In this document: one piece after another, positions 1 through 12,190 of the stretch
Position numbering within the stretch: the first letter of the stretch is position 1
Layout of the letters: the number at the start of each line of letters is the position of its first letter
Assembly (NCBI GenBank): GCA_043228905.1
Contig: JBHGNT010000039.1
Location: 199,125-263,124 of the forward strand
Source of the DNA: Azolla caroliniana
Taxonomy: Eukaryota; Plantae; Polypodiophyta
Reading direction: 5' to 3'
Length of the DNA: 64,000 nucleotides
The notes under the pieces: model-generated
Seen by the model: only the letters and a program-made list of their open reading frames with translations
Told to the model about the DNA's origin: nothing
Database searches by the model: none
Program-made: the position numbers and the translations under genes

Positions 1-1729
1 ATCATAGCTAGCGTTGTTAGCTTCGATTCGCATGTTTGAACACAAAAATCGGATATCACACGAGCCAGGTATGAACATTTTAATTTACTCAAGGGCTCCT
101 CTCAACTCCCTCCTCAAATTTGGTAATTTCGTCATGTCTCTTGACCTGAGTTTCAAAATCTTGATTTTTTAAATCCATATCATAGCTAGCGTTGTTGGCT
201 TCGATTCGCATGTTTGTACACAAATATCCGATATCACACGAGCTAGGTATGAACATTTTAATTTACTCAAGGGCTCCTCTCAACTCCCTCCTCAAATTTT
301 GTAATTTCGTCATGTCTCTCGACCTGGGTTTCTAAATCTTGATTTTTTAATTCCATATCATAGCTAGCGTTGTTAGCTTCGATTCGCATGTTTGAACACA
401 AAAATCCGATATCACACGAGCTAGGTATGAACATTTTAATTTACTCAAGGGCTCCTCTCAACTCCCTCCTCAAATTTGGTAATTTCGTCATGTCTCTCGA
501 CCTGGGTTTCAAAATCTTGATTTTTTAATTCCATATCATAGCTAGCGTTGTTAGCTTTGATTCGCATGTTTGAACACAAATATCCGATATCACACGAGCC
601 AGGTATGAACATTTTAATTTACTCAAGGGCTCCTCTCAACTCCCTCCTCAAATTTGGTAATTTCGTCCTGTCTCTTGACCTGAGTTTCAAAATCTTGATT
701 TTTTAATTCCATATCATAGCTAGCGTTGTTAGCTTCGATTCGCATGTTTGTACACAAATATCCGATATCACACGAGCTAGGTATGAACATTTTAATTTAC
801 TCAAGGGCTCCTCTCAACTCACTCCTCAAATTTGCTAATTTCGTCATGTCTCTCGACGTTAGTTTCCAAATCTTGGTTTTTTAATTCCATATCATAGCTA
901 GCGTTGTTAGCTTCGATTCGCATGTTTGAACACAAAAATCCGATATCACACGAGCTAGGTATGAACATTTTAATTTACTCAAGGGCTCCTCTCAACTCCC
1001 TCCTCAAATTTGCTAATTTCGTCATGTCTCTCGACCTTAGTTTCAAAATCTTGATTTTTTAAATCCATATCATAGCTAGCGTTGTTGGCTTCGATTCGCA
1101 TGTTTGAACACAAAAATCCGATATCACACGCGCTAGGTATGAACATTTTTATTTACTCTAGGGCTTTTGTCAACTCCCTCGTCAAGGTTGCTAATTTCGT
1201 CATGTCTCTCGACCTTAGTTTCAAAATCTTGATTTTTTTAATTCCATATCATAGCTAGCGTTGTTAGCTTCGATTCGCATGTTTGAACACAAAAATCCGA
1301 TATCACACGAGCTAGGTATGAACATTTTTATTTACTCAAGGGCTCCTCTCAACTCCCTCGTCAAGGTTGCTAATTTCGTCATGTCTCTCGACCTGAGTTT
1401 CAAAATCTTGATTTTTTAATTCCATATCATAGCTAACGTTGTTAGCTTCGATTCGCATGTTTGAACACAGAAATCCGATATCACACGAGCCAGGTATGAA
1501 CATTTTAATTTACTTAAGGGCTCCTCTCAACTCCCTCCTCAAATTTTGTAATTTCGTCATGTCTCTCGACCTGGGTTTCAAAATCTTGATTTTTTTAATT
1601 CCATATCATAGCTAGCGTTGTTAGCTTCGATTCGCATGTTTGAACACAAAAATCCGATATCACACTCGCTAGGTATAACCATTTTAATTTACTCAAGGGC
1701 TCCTCTCAACTCACTCCTCAAATTTTGTA

Positions 1730-4700
1730 ATTTCGTCATGTCTCTCGACCTTAGTTTCAAAATCTTGATTTTTTAATTCCATATCATAGCTAGCGTTGTT
1801 AGCTTCGATTCGCATGTTTGAACACAAAAATCCGATATCACACGAGCCAGGTATGAACTAATTTAATTTACTCAAGGGCTCCTCTCAACTCCCTCCTCAA
1901 ATTTGCTAATTTCGTCATGTCTCTCGACCTGAGTTTCAAAATCTTGATTTTTTAATTCCATATCATAGCTAACGTTGTTAGCTTCGATTCGCATGTTTGA
2001 ACACAGAAATCCGATATCACACTAGCCAGGTATGAACATTTTAATTTACTCAAGGGCTCCTCTCAACTCCCTCCTCAAATTTTGTAATTTCGTCATGTCT
2101 CTCGACCTGGGTTTCAAAATCTTGATTTTTTAATTCCATATCATAGGTAGCGTTGTTAGCTTCGATTCGCATGTTTGAACACAAAAATCCGATATCACAC
2201 GAGCTAGGTATGAACATTTCTATTTACTCAAGGGCTCCTCTCAACTCCCTCGTCAAGGTTGCTAATTTCGTCATGTCTCTCGACCTTAGTTTCAAAATCT
2301 TGATTTTTTTAATTCCATGTCATAGCTAGCGTTGTTAGCTTCGATTCGCATGTTTGAACACAAAAATCCGATATCACACGAGCCAGGTATGAACATTTTA
2401 ATTTACTCAAGGGCTCCTCTCAACTCACTCCTCAAATTTGCTAATTTCGTCATGTCTCTCGACCTTAGTTTCAAAATCTTGATTTTTTAATTCCATATCA
2501 TAGCTAGCGTTGTTAGCTTCGATTCGCATGTTTGAACACAAAAATCCGATATCACACGAGCTAGGTATGAACATTTTTATTTACTCAAGGGCTCCTCTCA
2601 ACTCCCTCGTCAAGGTTGCTAATTTCGTCATGTCTCTCGACCTGAGTTTCAAAATCTTGATTTTTTAATTCCATATCATAGCTAGCGTTGTTAGCTTCGA
2701 TTCGCATGTTTGAACACAAAAATCCGATATCACACGTGCTAGGTATAACCAATTTAATTTACTCAAGGGCTCCTCTCAACTCCCTCGTCAAGGTTGCTAA
2801 TTTCGTCATGTCTCTCGACCTTAGTTTCAAAATCTTGATTTTTTAATTCCATATCATAGCTAGCGTTGTTGGCTTCGATTCGCATGTTTGAACACAAAAA
2901 TCCGATATCACACGAGCCAGGTATGAACATTGTAATTTACCTACTAGCTCTTCTCAACTCCCTCCCCAAATTTGCTAATTTCGTCATGTCTCTCGACCTT
3001 AGTTTCAAAATCTTGATTTTTTAATTCCATATCATAGCTAGCGTTGTTAGCTTCGATTCGCATGTTTGAACACAAAAATCCGATATCACACGAGCTAGGT
3101 ACGAACATTTTTATTTACTCAAGGGTTCCTCTCAACTCCCTCGTCAAGGTTGCTAATTTCGTCATACCTCTCGACCTGAGTTTCAAAATCTTGATTTTTT
3201 AAATCCATATCATAGCTAGCGTTGTTGGCTTCGATTCGCATGTTTGAACACAAAAATCCGATATCACACGAGCCAGGTATGAACATTGTAATTTACCTAC
3301 TAGCTCTTCTCAACTCCCTCCTCAAATTTGGTAATTTCGTCATGTCTCTCGACCTTAGTTTCAAAATCTTGATTTTTTAATTCCAGATCATAGCTAGCGT
3401 TGTTAGCTTCGATTCGCATGTTTGAACACAAAAATCCGATATCACACGAGCTAGGTATGAACATTTTTATTTACTCAAGGGCTCCTCTCAACTCCCTCGT
3501 CAAGGTTGCTAATTTCGTCATGTCTCTCGACCTTAGTTTCAAAATCGTGATTTTTTTAATTCCATATCATAGCTAGTGTTGTTAGCTTCGATTCGCATGT
3601 TTGAACACAAGAATCCGATATCACACGAGCTAGGTATGAACATTTTTATTTACTCAAGGGCTCCTCTCAACTCCCTCGTCAAGGTTGCTAATTTCGTCAT
3701 GTCTCTCGACCTGAGTTTCAAAATCTTGATTTTTTAATTCCATATCATAGCTAACGTTGTTAGCTTCGATTCGCATGTTTGAACACAGAAATCCGATATC
3801 ACACGAGCCAGGTATGAACATTTTAATTTATTCAAGGGCTCCTCTCAACTCCCTCCTCAAATTTTGTAATTTCGTCATGTCTCTCGACCTGGGTTTCAAA
3901 ATCTTGATTTTTTAATTCCATATCATAGCTAGCGTTGTTAGCTTCCATTCGCATGTTTGAACACAAAAATCCGATATCACACTCGCTAGGTATAACCATT
4001 TTAATTTACTCAAGGGCTCCTCTCAACTCACTCCTCAAATTTGCTAATTTCGTCATGTCTCTCGACCTTAGTTTCAAAATCTTGATTTTTTAATTCCATA
4101 TCATAGCTAGCGTTGTTAGCTTCGATTCGCATGTTTGAACACAAAAATCCGATATCACACGTGCTAGGTATAACCAATTTAATTTACTCAAGGGTTCCTC
4201 TCAACTCCCTCGTCAACGTTGCTAATTTCGTCATGTCTCTCGACCTGAGTTTCAAAATCTTGATTTTTTAAATCCATATCATAGCTAGCGTTGTTGGCTT
4301 CGATTCGCATGTTTGAACACAAAAATCCGATATCACACGTGCTAAGTATAACCAATTTAATTTACTCAAGGGCTCCTCTCAACTCACTCCTCAAATTTGC
4401 TAATTTCGTCATGTCTCTCGACCTTAGTTTCAAAATCTTGATTTTTTAATTCCATATCATAGCTAGCGTTGTTAGCTTCGATTCGCATGTTTGAACACAA
4501 AAATCCGATATCACACGAGTTAGGTATCAACATTTTTATTTACTCAAGGGTTCCTATCAACTCCCTCGTCAAGGTTGCTAATTTCGTCATATCTCTCGAC
4601 CTGAGTTTCAAAATCTCGATTTTTTAAATCCATATCATAGCTAGCGTTGTTGGCTTCGATTCGCGTGTTTGAACACAAAAATCCGATATCACACGAGCCA

Positions 4701-7700
4701 GGTATGAACATTGCAATTTACCTACTAGCTCTTCTCAACTCCCTCCCCAAATTTGCTAATTTCGTCATGTCTCTCGACCTTAGTTTCAAAATCTTGATTT
4801 TTTAATTCCATATCATAGCTAGCGTTGTTAGCTTCGATTCGCATGTTTGAACACAAAAATCCGATATCACACGAGCTAGGTATGAACATTTTTATTTACT
4901 CAAGGGTTCCTCTCAACTCCCTCGTCAAGGTTGCTAATTTCGTCATACCTCTCGACCTGAGTTTCAAAATCTTGATTTTTTAAATCCATATCATAGCTAG
5001 CGTTGTTGGCTTCGATTCGCATGTTTGAACACAAAAATCCGATATCACACGAGCCAGGTATGAACATTGTAATTTACCTACTAGCTCTTCTCAACTCCCT
5101 CCTCAAATTTGGTAATTTCGTCATGTCTCTCGACCTTAGTTTCAAAATCTTGATTTTTTAATTCCAGATCATAGCTAGCGTTGTTAGCTTCGATTCGCAT
5201 GTTTGAACACAAAAATCCGATATCACACGAGCTAGGTATGAACATTTTTATTTACTCAAGGGCTCCTCTCAACTCCCTCGTCAAGGTTGCTAATTTCGTC
5301 ATGTCTCTCGACCTTAGTTTCAAAATCGTGATTTTTTTAATTCCATATCATAGCTAGTGTTGTTAGCTTCGATTCGCATGTTTGAACACAAAAATCCGAT
5401 ATCACACGAGCTAGGTATGAACATTTTTATTTACTCAAGGGCTCCTCTCAACTCCCTCGTCAAGGTTGCTAATTTCGTCATGTCTCTCGACCTGAGTTTC
5501 AAAATCTTGATTTTTTAATTCCATATCATAGCTAACGTTGTTAGCTTCGATTCGCATGTTTGAACACAGAAATCCGATATCACACGAGCCAGGTATGAAC
5601 ATTTTAATTTATTCAAGGGCTCCTCTCAACTCCCTCCTCAAATTTTGTAATTTCGTCATGTCTCTCGACCTGGGTTTCAAAATCTTGATTTTTTAATTCC
5701 ATATCATAGCTAGCGTTGTTAGCTTCCATTCGCATGTTTGAACACAAAAATCCGATATCACACTCGCTAGGTATAACCATTTTAATTTACTCAAGGGCTC
5801 CTCTCAACTCACTCCTCAAATTTGCTAATTTCGTCATGTCTCTCGACCTTAGTTTCAAAATCTTGATTTTTTAATTCCATATCATAGCTAGCGTTGTTAG
5901 CTTCGATTCGCATGTTTGAACACAAAAATCCGATATCACACGTGCTAGGTATAACCAATTTAATTTACTCAAGGGTTCCTCTCAACTCCCTCGTCAACGT
6001 TGCTAATTTCGTCATGTCTCTCGACCTGAGTTTCAAAATCTTGATTTTTTAAATCCATATCATAGCTAGCGTTGTTGGCTTCGATTCGCATGTTTGAACA
6101 CAAAAATCCGATATCACACGTGCTAAGTATAACCAATTTAATTTACTCAAGGGCTCCTCTCAACTCACTCCTCAAATTTGCTAATTTCGTCATGTCTCTC
6201 GACCTTAGTTTCAAAATCTTGATTTTTTAATTCCATATCATAGCTAGCGTTGTTAGCTTCGATTCGCATGTTTGAACACAAAAATCCGATATCACACGAG
6301 TTAGGTATCAACATTTTTATTTACTCAAGGGTTCCTATCAACTCCCTCGTCAAGGTTGCTAATTTCGTCATATCTCTCGACCTGAGTTTCAAAATCTCGA
6401 TTTTTTAAATCCATATCATAGCTAGCGTTGTTGGCTTCGATTCGCGTGTTTGAACACAAAAATCCGATATCACACGAGCCAGGTATGAACATTGCAATTT
6501 ACCTACTAGCTCTTCTCAACTCCCTCCCCAAATTTGCTAATTTCGTCATGTCTCTCGACCTTAGTTTCAAAATCTTGATTTTTTAATTCCATATCATAGC
6601 TAGCGTTGTTAGCTTCGATTCGCATGTTTGAACACAAAAATCCGATATCACACGAGCTAGGTATGAACATTTTTATTTACTCAAGGGTTCCTCTCAACTC
6701 CCTCGTCAAGGTTGCTAATTTCGTCATACCTCTCGACCTGAGTTTCAAAATCTTGATTTTTTAAATCCATATCATAGCTAGCGTTGTTGGCTTCGATTCG
6801 CATGTTTGAACACAAAAATCCGATATCACACGAGCCAGGTATGAACATTGTAATTTACCTACTAGCTCTTCTCAACTCCCTCCTCAAATTTGGTAATTTC
6901 GTCATGTCTCTCGACCTTAGTTTCAAAATCTTGATTTTTTAATTCCAGATCATAGCTAGCGTTGTTAGCTTCGATTCGCATGTTTGAACACAAAAATCCG
7001 ATATCACACGAGCTAGGTATGAACATTTTTATTTACTCAAGGGCTCCTCTCAACTCCCTCGTCAAGGTTGCTAATTTCGTCATGTCTCTCGACCTTAGTT
7101 TCAAAATCGTGATTTTTTTAATTCCATATCATAGCTAGTGTTGTTAGCTTCGATTCGCATGTTTGAACACAAAAATCCGATATCACACGAGTTAGGTATC
7201 AACATTTTTATTTACTCAAGGGCTCCTCTCAACTCCCTCGTCCAGGTTGCTAATTTCGTCATGTCTCTCGACCTGAGTTTCAAAATCTTGATTTTTTAAT
7301 TCCATATCATAGCTAGCGTTGTTAGCTTCGATTCGCATGTTTGAACACAGAAATCCGATATCACACGAGCTAGGTATGAACATTTTTATTTACTCAAGGG
7401 CTCCTCTCAACTCCCTCGTCAAGGTTGCTAATTTCGTCATGTCTCTCGACCTGAGTTTCAAAATCTTGATTTTTTAATTCCATATCATAGCTAACGTTGT
7501 TAGCTTCGATTCGCATGTTTGAACACAGAAATCCGATATCACACGAGCCAGGTATGAACATTTTAATTTACTCAAGGGCTCCTCTCAACTCCCTCCTCAA
7601 ATTTTGTAATTTCGTCATGTCTCTCGACCTGGGTTTTAAAATCTTGATTTTTTAATTCCATATCATAGCTAGCGTTGTTAGCTTCGATTCGCATGTTTGA

Positions 7701-10700
7701 ACACAAAAATCCGATATCACACGAGCCAGGTATGAACATTTTAATTTACTCAAGGGCTCTTCTCAACTCCCTCCTCAAATTTGCTAATTTCGTCATGTCT
7801 CTCGACCTTAGTTTCAAAATCTTGATTTTTTAATTCCATATCATAGCTAGCGTTGTTAGCTTCGATTCGCATGTTTGAACACAAAAATCCGATATCACAC
7901 GAGCCAGGTATGAACTAATTTAATTTACTCAAGGGCTCCTCTCAACTCCCTCCTCAAATTTGCTAATTTCGTCATGTCTCTCGACCTGAGTTTCAAAATC
8001 TTGATTTTTTAATTCCATATCATAGCTAACGTTGTTAGCTTCGATTCGCATGTTTGAACACAGAAATCCGATATCACACTAGCCAGGTATGAACATTTTA
8101 ATTTACTCAAGGGCTCCTCTCAACTCCCTCCTCAAATTTTGTAATTTCGTCATGTCTCTCGACCTGGGTTTCAAAATCTTGATTTTTTAATTCCATATCA
8201 TAGCTAGCGTTGTTAGCTTCGATTCGCATGTTTGAACACAAAAATCCGATATCACACGAGCTAGGTATGAACATTTCTATTTACTCAAGGGCTCCTCTCA
8301 ACTCCCTCGTCAAGGTTGCTAATTTCGTCATGTCTCTCGACCTTAGTTTCAAAATCTTGATTTTTTTAATTCCATGTCATAGCTAGCGTTGTTAGCTTCG
8401 ATTCGCATGTTTGAACACAAAAATCCGATATCACACGAGTCAGGTATGAACATTTTAATTTACTCAAGGGCTCCTCTCAACTCACTCCTCAAATTTGCTA
8501 ATTTCGTCATGTCTCTCGACCTTAGTTTCAAAATCTTGATTTTTTAATTCCATATCATAGCTAGCGTTGTTAGCTTCGATTCGCATGTTTGAACACAAAA
8601 ATCCGATATCACACGAGCTAGGTATGAACATTTTTATTTACTCAAGGGCTCCTCTCAACTCCCTCGTCAAGGTTGCTAATTTCGTCATGTCTCTCGACCT
8701 GAGTTTCAAAATCTTGATTTTTTAATTCCATATCATAGCTAGCGTTGTTAGCTTCGATTCGCATGTTTGAACACAAAAATCCGATATCACACGTGCTAGG
8801 TATAACCAATTTAATTTACTCAAGGGCTCCTCTCAACTCCCTCGTCAAGGTTGCTAATTTCGTCATGTCTCTCGACCTTAGTTTCAAAATCTTGATTTTT
8901 TAATTCCATATCATAGCTAGCGTTGTTGGCTTCGATTCGCATGTTTGAACACAAAAATCCGATATCACACGAGCCAGGTATGAACATTGTAATTTACCTA
9001 CTAGCTCTTCTCAACTCCCTCCCCAAATTTGCTAATTTCGTCATGTCTCTCGACCTTAGTTTCAAAATCTTGATTTTTTAATTCCATATCATAGCTAGCG
9101 TTGTTAGCTTCGATTCGCATGTTTGAACACAAAAATCCGATATCACACGAGCTAGGTATGAACATTTTTATTTACTCAAGGGTTCCTCTCAACTCCCTCG
9201 TCAAGGTTGCTAATTTCGTCATACCTCTCGACCTGAGTTTCAAAATCTTGATTTTTTAAATCCATATCATAGCTAGCGTTGTTGGCTTCGATTCGCATGT
9301 TTGAACACAAAAATCCGATATCACACGAGCCAGGTATGAACATTGTAATTTACCTACTAGCTCTTCTCAACTCCCTCCTCAAATTTGGTAATTTCGTCAT
9401 GTCTCTCGACCTTAGTTTCAAAATCTTGATTTTTTAATTCCAGATCATAGCTAGCGTTGTTAGCTTCGATTCGCATGTTTGAACACAAAAATCCGATATC
9501 ACACGAGCTAGGTATGAACATTTTTATTTACTCAAGGGCTCCTCTCAACTCCCTCGTCAAGGTTGCTAATTTCGTCATGTCTCTCGACCTTAGTTTCAAA
9601 ATCGTGATTTTTTTAATTCCATATCATAGCTAGTGTTGTTAGCTTCGATTCGCATGTTTGAACACAAAAATCCGATATCACACGAGCTAGGTATGAACAT
9701 TTTTATTTACTCAAGGGCTCCTCTCAACTCCCTCGTCAAGGTTGCTAATTTCGTCATGTCTCTCGACCTGAGTTTCAAAATCTTGATTTTTTAATTCCAT
9801 ATCATAGCTAACGTTGTTAGCTTCGATTCGCATGTTTGAACACAGAAATCCGATATCACACGAGCCAGGTATGAACATTTTAATTTATTCAAGGGCTCCT
9901 CTCAACTCCCTCCTCAAATTTTGTAATTTCGTCATGTCTCTCGACCTGGGTTTCAAAATCTTGATTTTTTAATTCCATATCATAGCTAGCGTTGTTAGCT
10001 TCCATTCGCATGTTTGAACACAAAAATCCGATATCACACTCGCTAGGTATAACCATTTTAATTTACTCAAGGGCTCCTCTCAACTCACTCCTCAAATTTG
10101 CTAATTTCGTCATGTCTCTCGACCTTAGTTTCAAAATCTTGATTTTTTAATTCCATATCATAGCTAGCGTTGTTAGCTTCGATTCGCATGTTTGAACACA
10201 AAAATCCGATATCACACGTGCTAGGTATAACCAATTTAATTTACTCAAGGGTTCCTCTCAACTCCCTCGTCAACGTTGCTAATTTCGTCATGTCTCTCGA
10301 CCTGAGTTTCAAAATCTTGATTTTTTAAATCCATATCATAGCTAGCGTTGTTGGCTTCGATTCGCATGTTTGAACACAAAAATCCGATATCACACGTGCT
10401 AAGTATAACCAATTTAATTTACTCAAGGGCTCCTCTCAACTCACTCCTCAAATTTGCTAATTTCGTCATGTCTCTCGACCTTAGTTTCAAAATCTTGATT
10501 TTTTAATTCCATATCATAGCTAGCGTTGTTAGCTTCGATTCGCATGTTTGAACACAAAAATCCGATATCACACGAGTTAGGTATCAACATTTTTATTTAC
10601 TCAAGGGTTCCTATCAACTCCCTCGTCAAGGTTGCTAATTTCGTCATATCTCTCGACCTGAGTTTCAAAATCTCGATTTTTTAAATCCATATCATAGCTA

Positions 10701-12190
10701 GCGTTGTTGGCTTCGATTCGCGTGTTTGAACACAAAAATCCGATATCACACGAGCCAGGTATGAACATTGCAATTTACCTACTAGCTCTTCTCAACTCCC
10801 TCCCCAAATTTGCTAATTTCGTCATGTCTCTCGACCTTAGTTTCAAAATCTTGATTTTTTAATTCCATATCATAGCTAGCGTTGTTAGCTTCGATTCGCA
10901 TGTTTGAACACAAAAATCCGATATCACACGAGCTAGGTATGAACATTTTTATTTACTCAAGGGTTCCTCTCAACTCCCTCGTCAAGGTTGCTAATTTCGT
11001 CATACCTCTCGACCTGAGTTTCAAAATCTTGATTTTTTAAATCCATATCATAGCTAGCGTTGTTGGCTTCGATTCGCATGTTTGAACACAAAAATCCGAT
11101 ATCACACGAGCCAGGTATGAACATTGTAATTTACCTACTAGCTCTTCTCAACTCCCTCCTCAAATTTGGTAATTTCGTCATGTCTCTCGACCTTAGTTTC
11201 AAAATCTTGATTTTTTAATTCCAGATCATAGCTAGCGTTGTTAGCTTCGATTCGCATGTTTGAACACAAAAATCCGATATCACACGAGCTAGGTATGAAC
11301 ATTTTTATTTACTCAAGGGCTCCTCTCAACTCCCTCGTCAAGGTTGCTAATTTCGTCATGTCTCTCGACCTTAGTTTCAAAATCGTGATTTTTTTAATTC
11401 CATATCATAGCTAGTGTTGTTAGCTTCGATTCGCATGTTTGAACACAAAAATCCGATATCACACGAGTTAGGTATCAACATTTTTATTTACTCAAGGGCT
11501 CCTCTCAACTCCCTCGTCCAGGTTGCTAATTTCGTCATGTCTCTCGACCTGAGTTTCAAAATCTTGATTTTTTAATTCCATATCATAGCTAGCGTTGTTA
11601 GCTTCGATTCGCATGTTTGAACACAGAAATCCGATATCACACGAGCTAGGTATGAACATTTTTATTTACTCAAGGGCTCCTCTCAACTCCCTCGTCAAGG
11701 TTGCTAATTTCGTCATGTCTCTCGACCTGAGTTTCAAAATCTTGATTTTTTAATTCCATATCATAGCTAACGTTGTTAGCTTCGATTCGCATGTTTGAAC
11801 ACAGAAATCCGATATCACACGAGCCAGGTATGAACATTTTAATTTACTCAAGGGCTCCTCTCAACTCCCTCCTCAAATTTTGTAATTTCGTCATGTCTCT
11901 CGACCTGGGTTTTAAAATCTTGATTTTTTAATTCCATATCATAGCTAGCGTTGTTAGCTTCGATTCGCATGTTTGAACACAAAAATCCGATATCACACGA
12001 GCCAGGTATGAACATTTTAATTTACTCAAGGGCTCTTCTCAACTCCCTCCTCAAATTTGCTAATTTCGTCATGTCTCTCGACCTTAGTTTCAAAATCTTG
12101 ATTTTTTAATTCCATATCATAGCTAGCGTTGTTAGCTTCGATTCGCATGTTTGAACACAAAAATCCGATATCACACGAGCCAGGTATGAA
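1730..12190. repeat. Tandem duplication of a 24-monomer block (4276 bp); the first copy carries an extra 10-mer (34-mer, 6057 bp)
   Basis: GAACTAATT at 1855/7912 and ACTAGCCAGG at 2021/8078 give offset 6057. TCCAGGTTG at 7241/11517, GGGTTTTAAA at 7631/11907 and CCAGAT at 5164/9440 and 6945/11221 give offset 4276. Confidence 0.88.
2935..7190. repeat. 10-monomer higher-order repeat (1781-bp period), about 2.4 copies
   Basis: Rare markers recur every 1781 bp: CCAGAT at 3383/5164/6945 and CCCCAAA at 2964/4745/6526. Confidence 0.92.

Noticed and set aside
21-40. CENP-B box-like motif (CTTCGATTCG...)
   Set aside because: Only the TTCG part matches nTTCGnnnnAnnCGGGn; the A and CGGG positions are missing.
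1-178. Identity with Arabidopsis thaliana CEN178 or primate alpha satellite
   Set aside because: The length is the same or similar, but the sequence does not resemble those consensuses as I recall them. A blastn search against satellite databases is needed to name the family.
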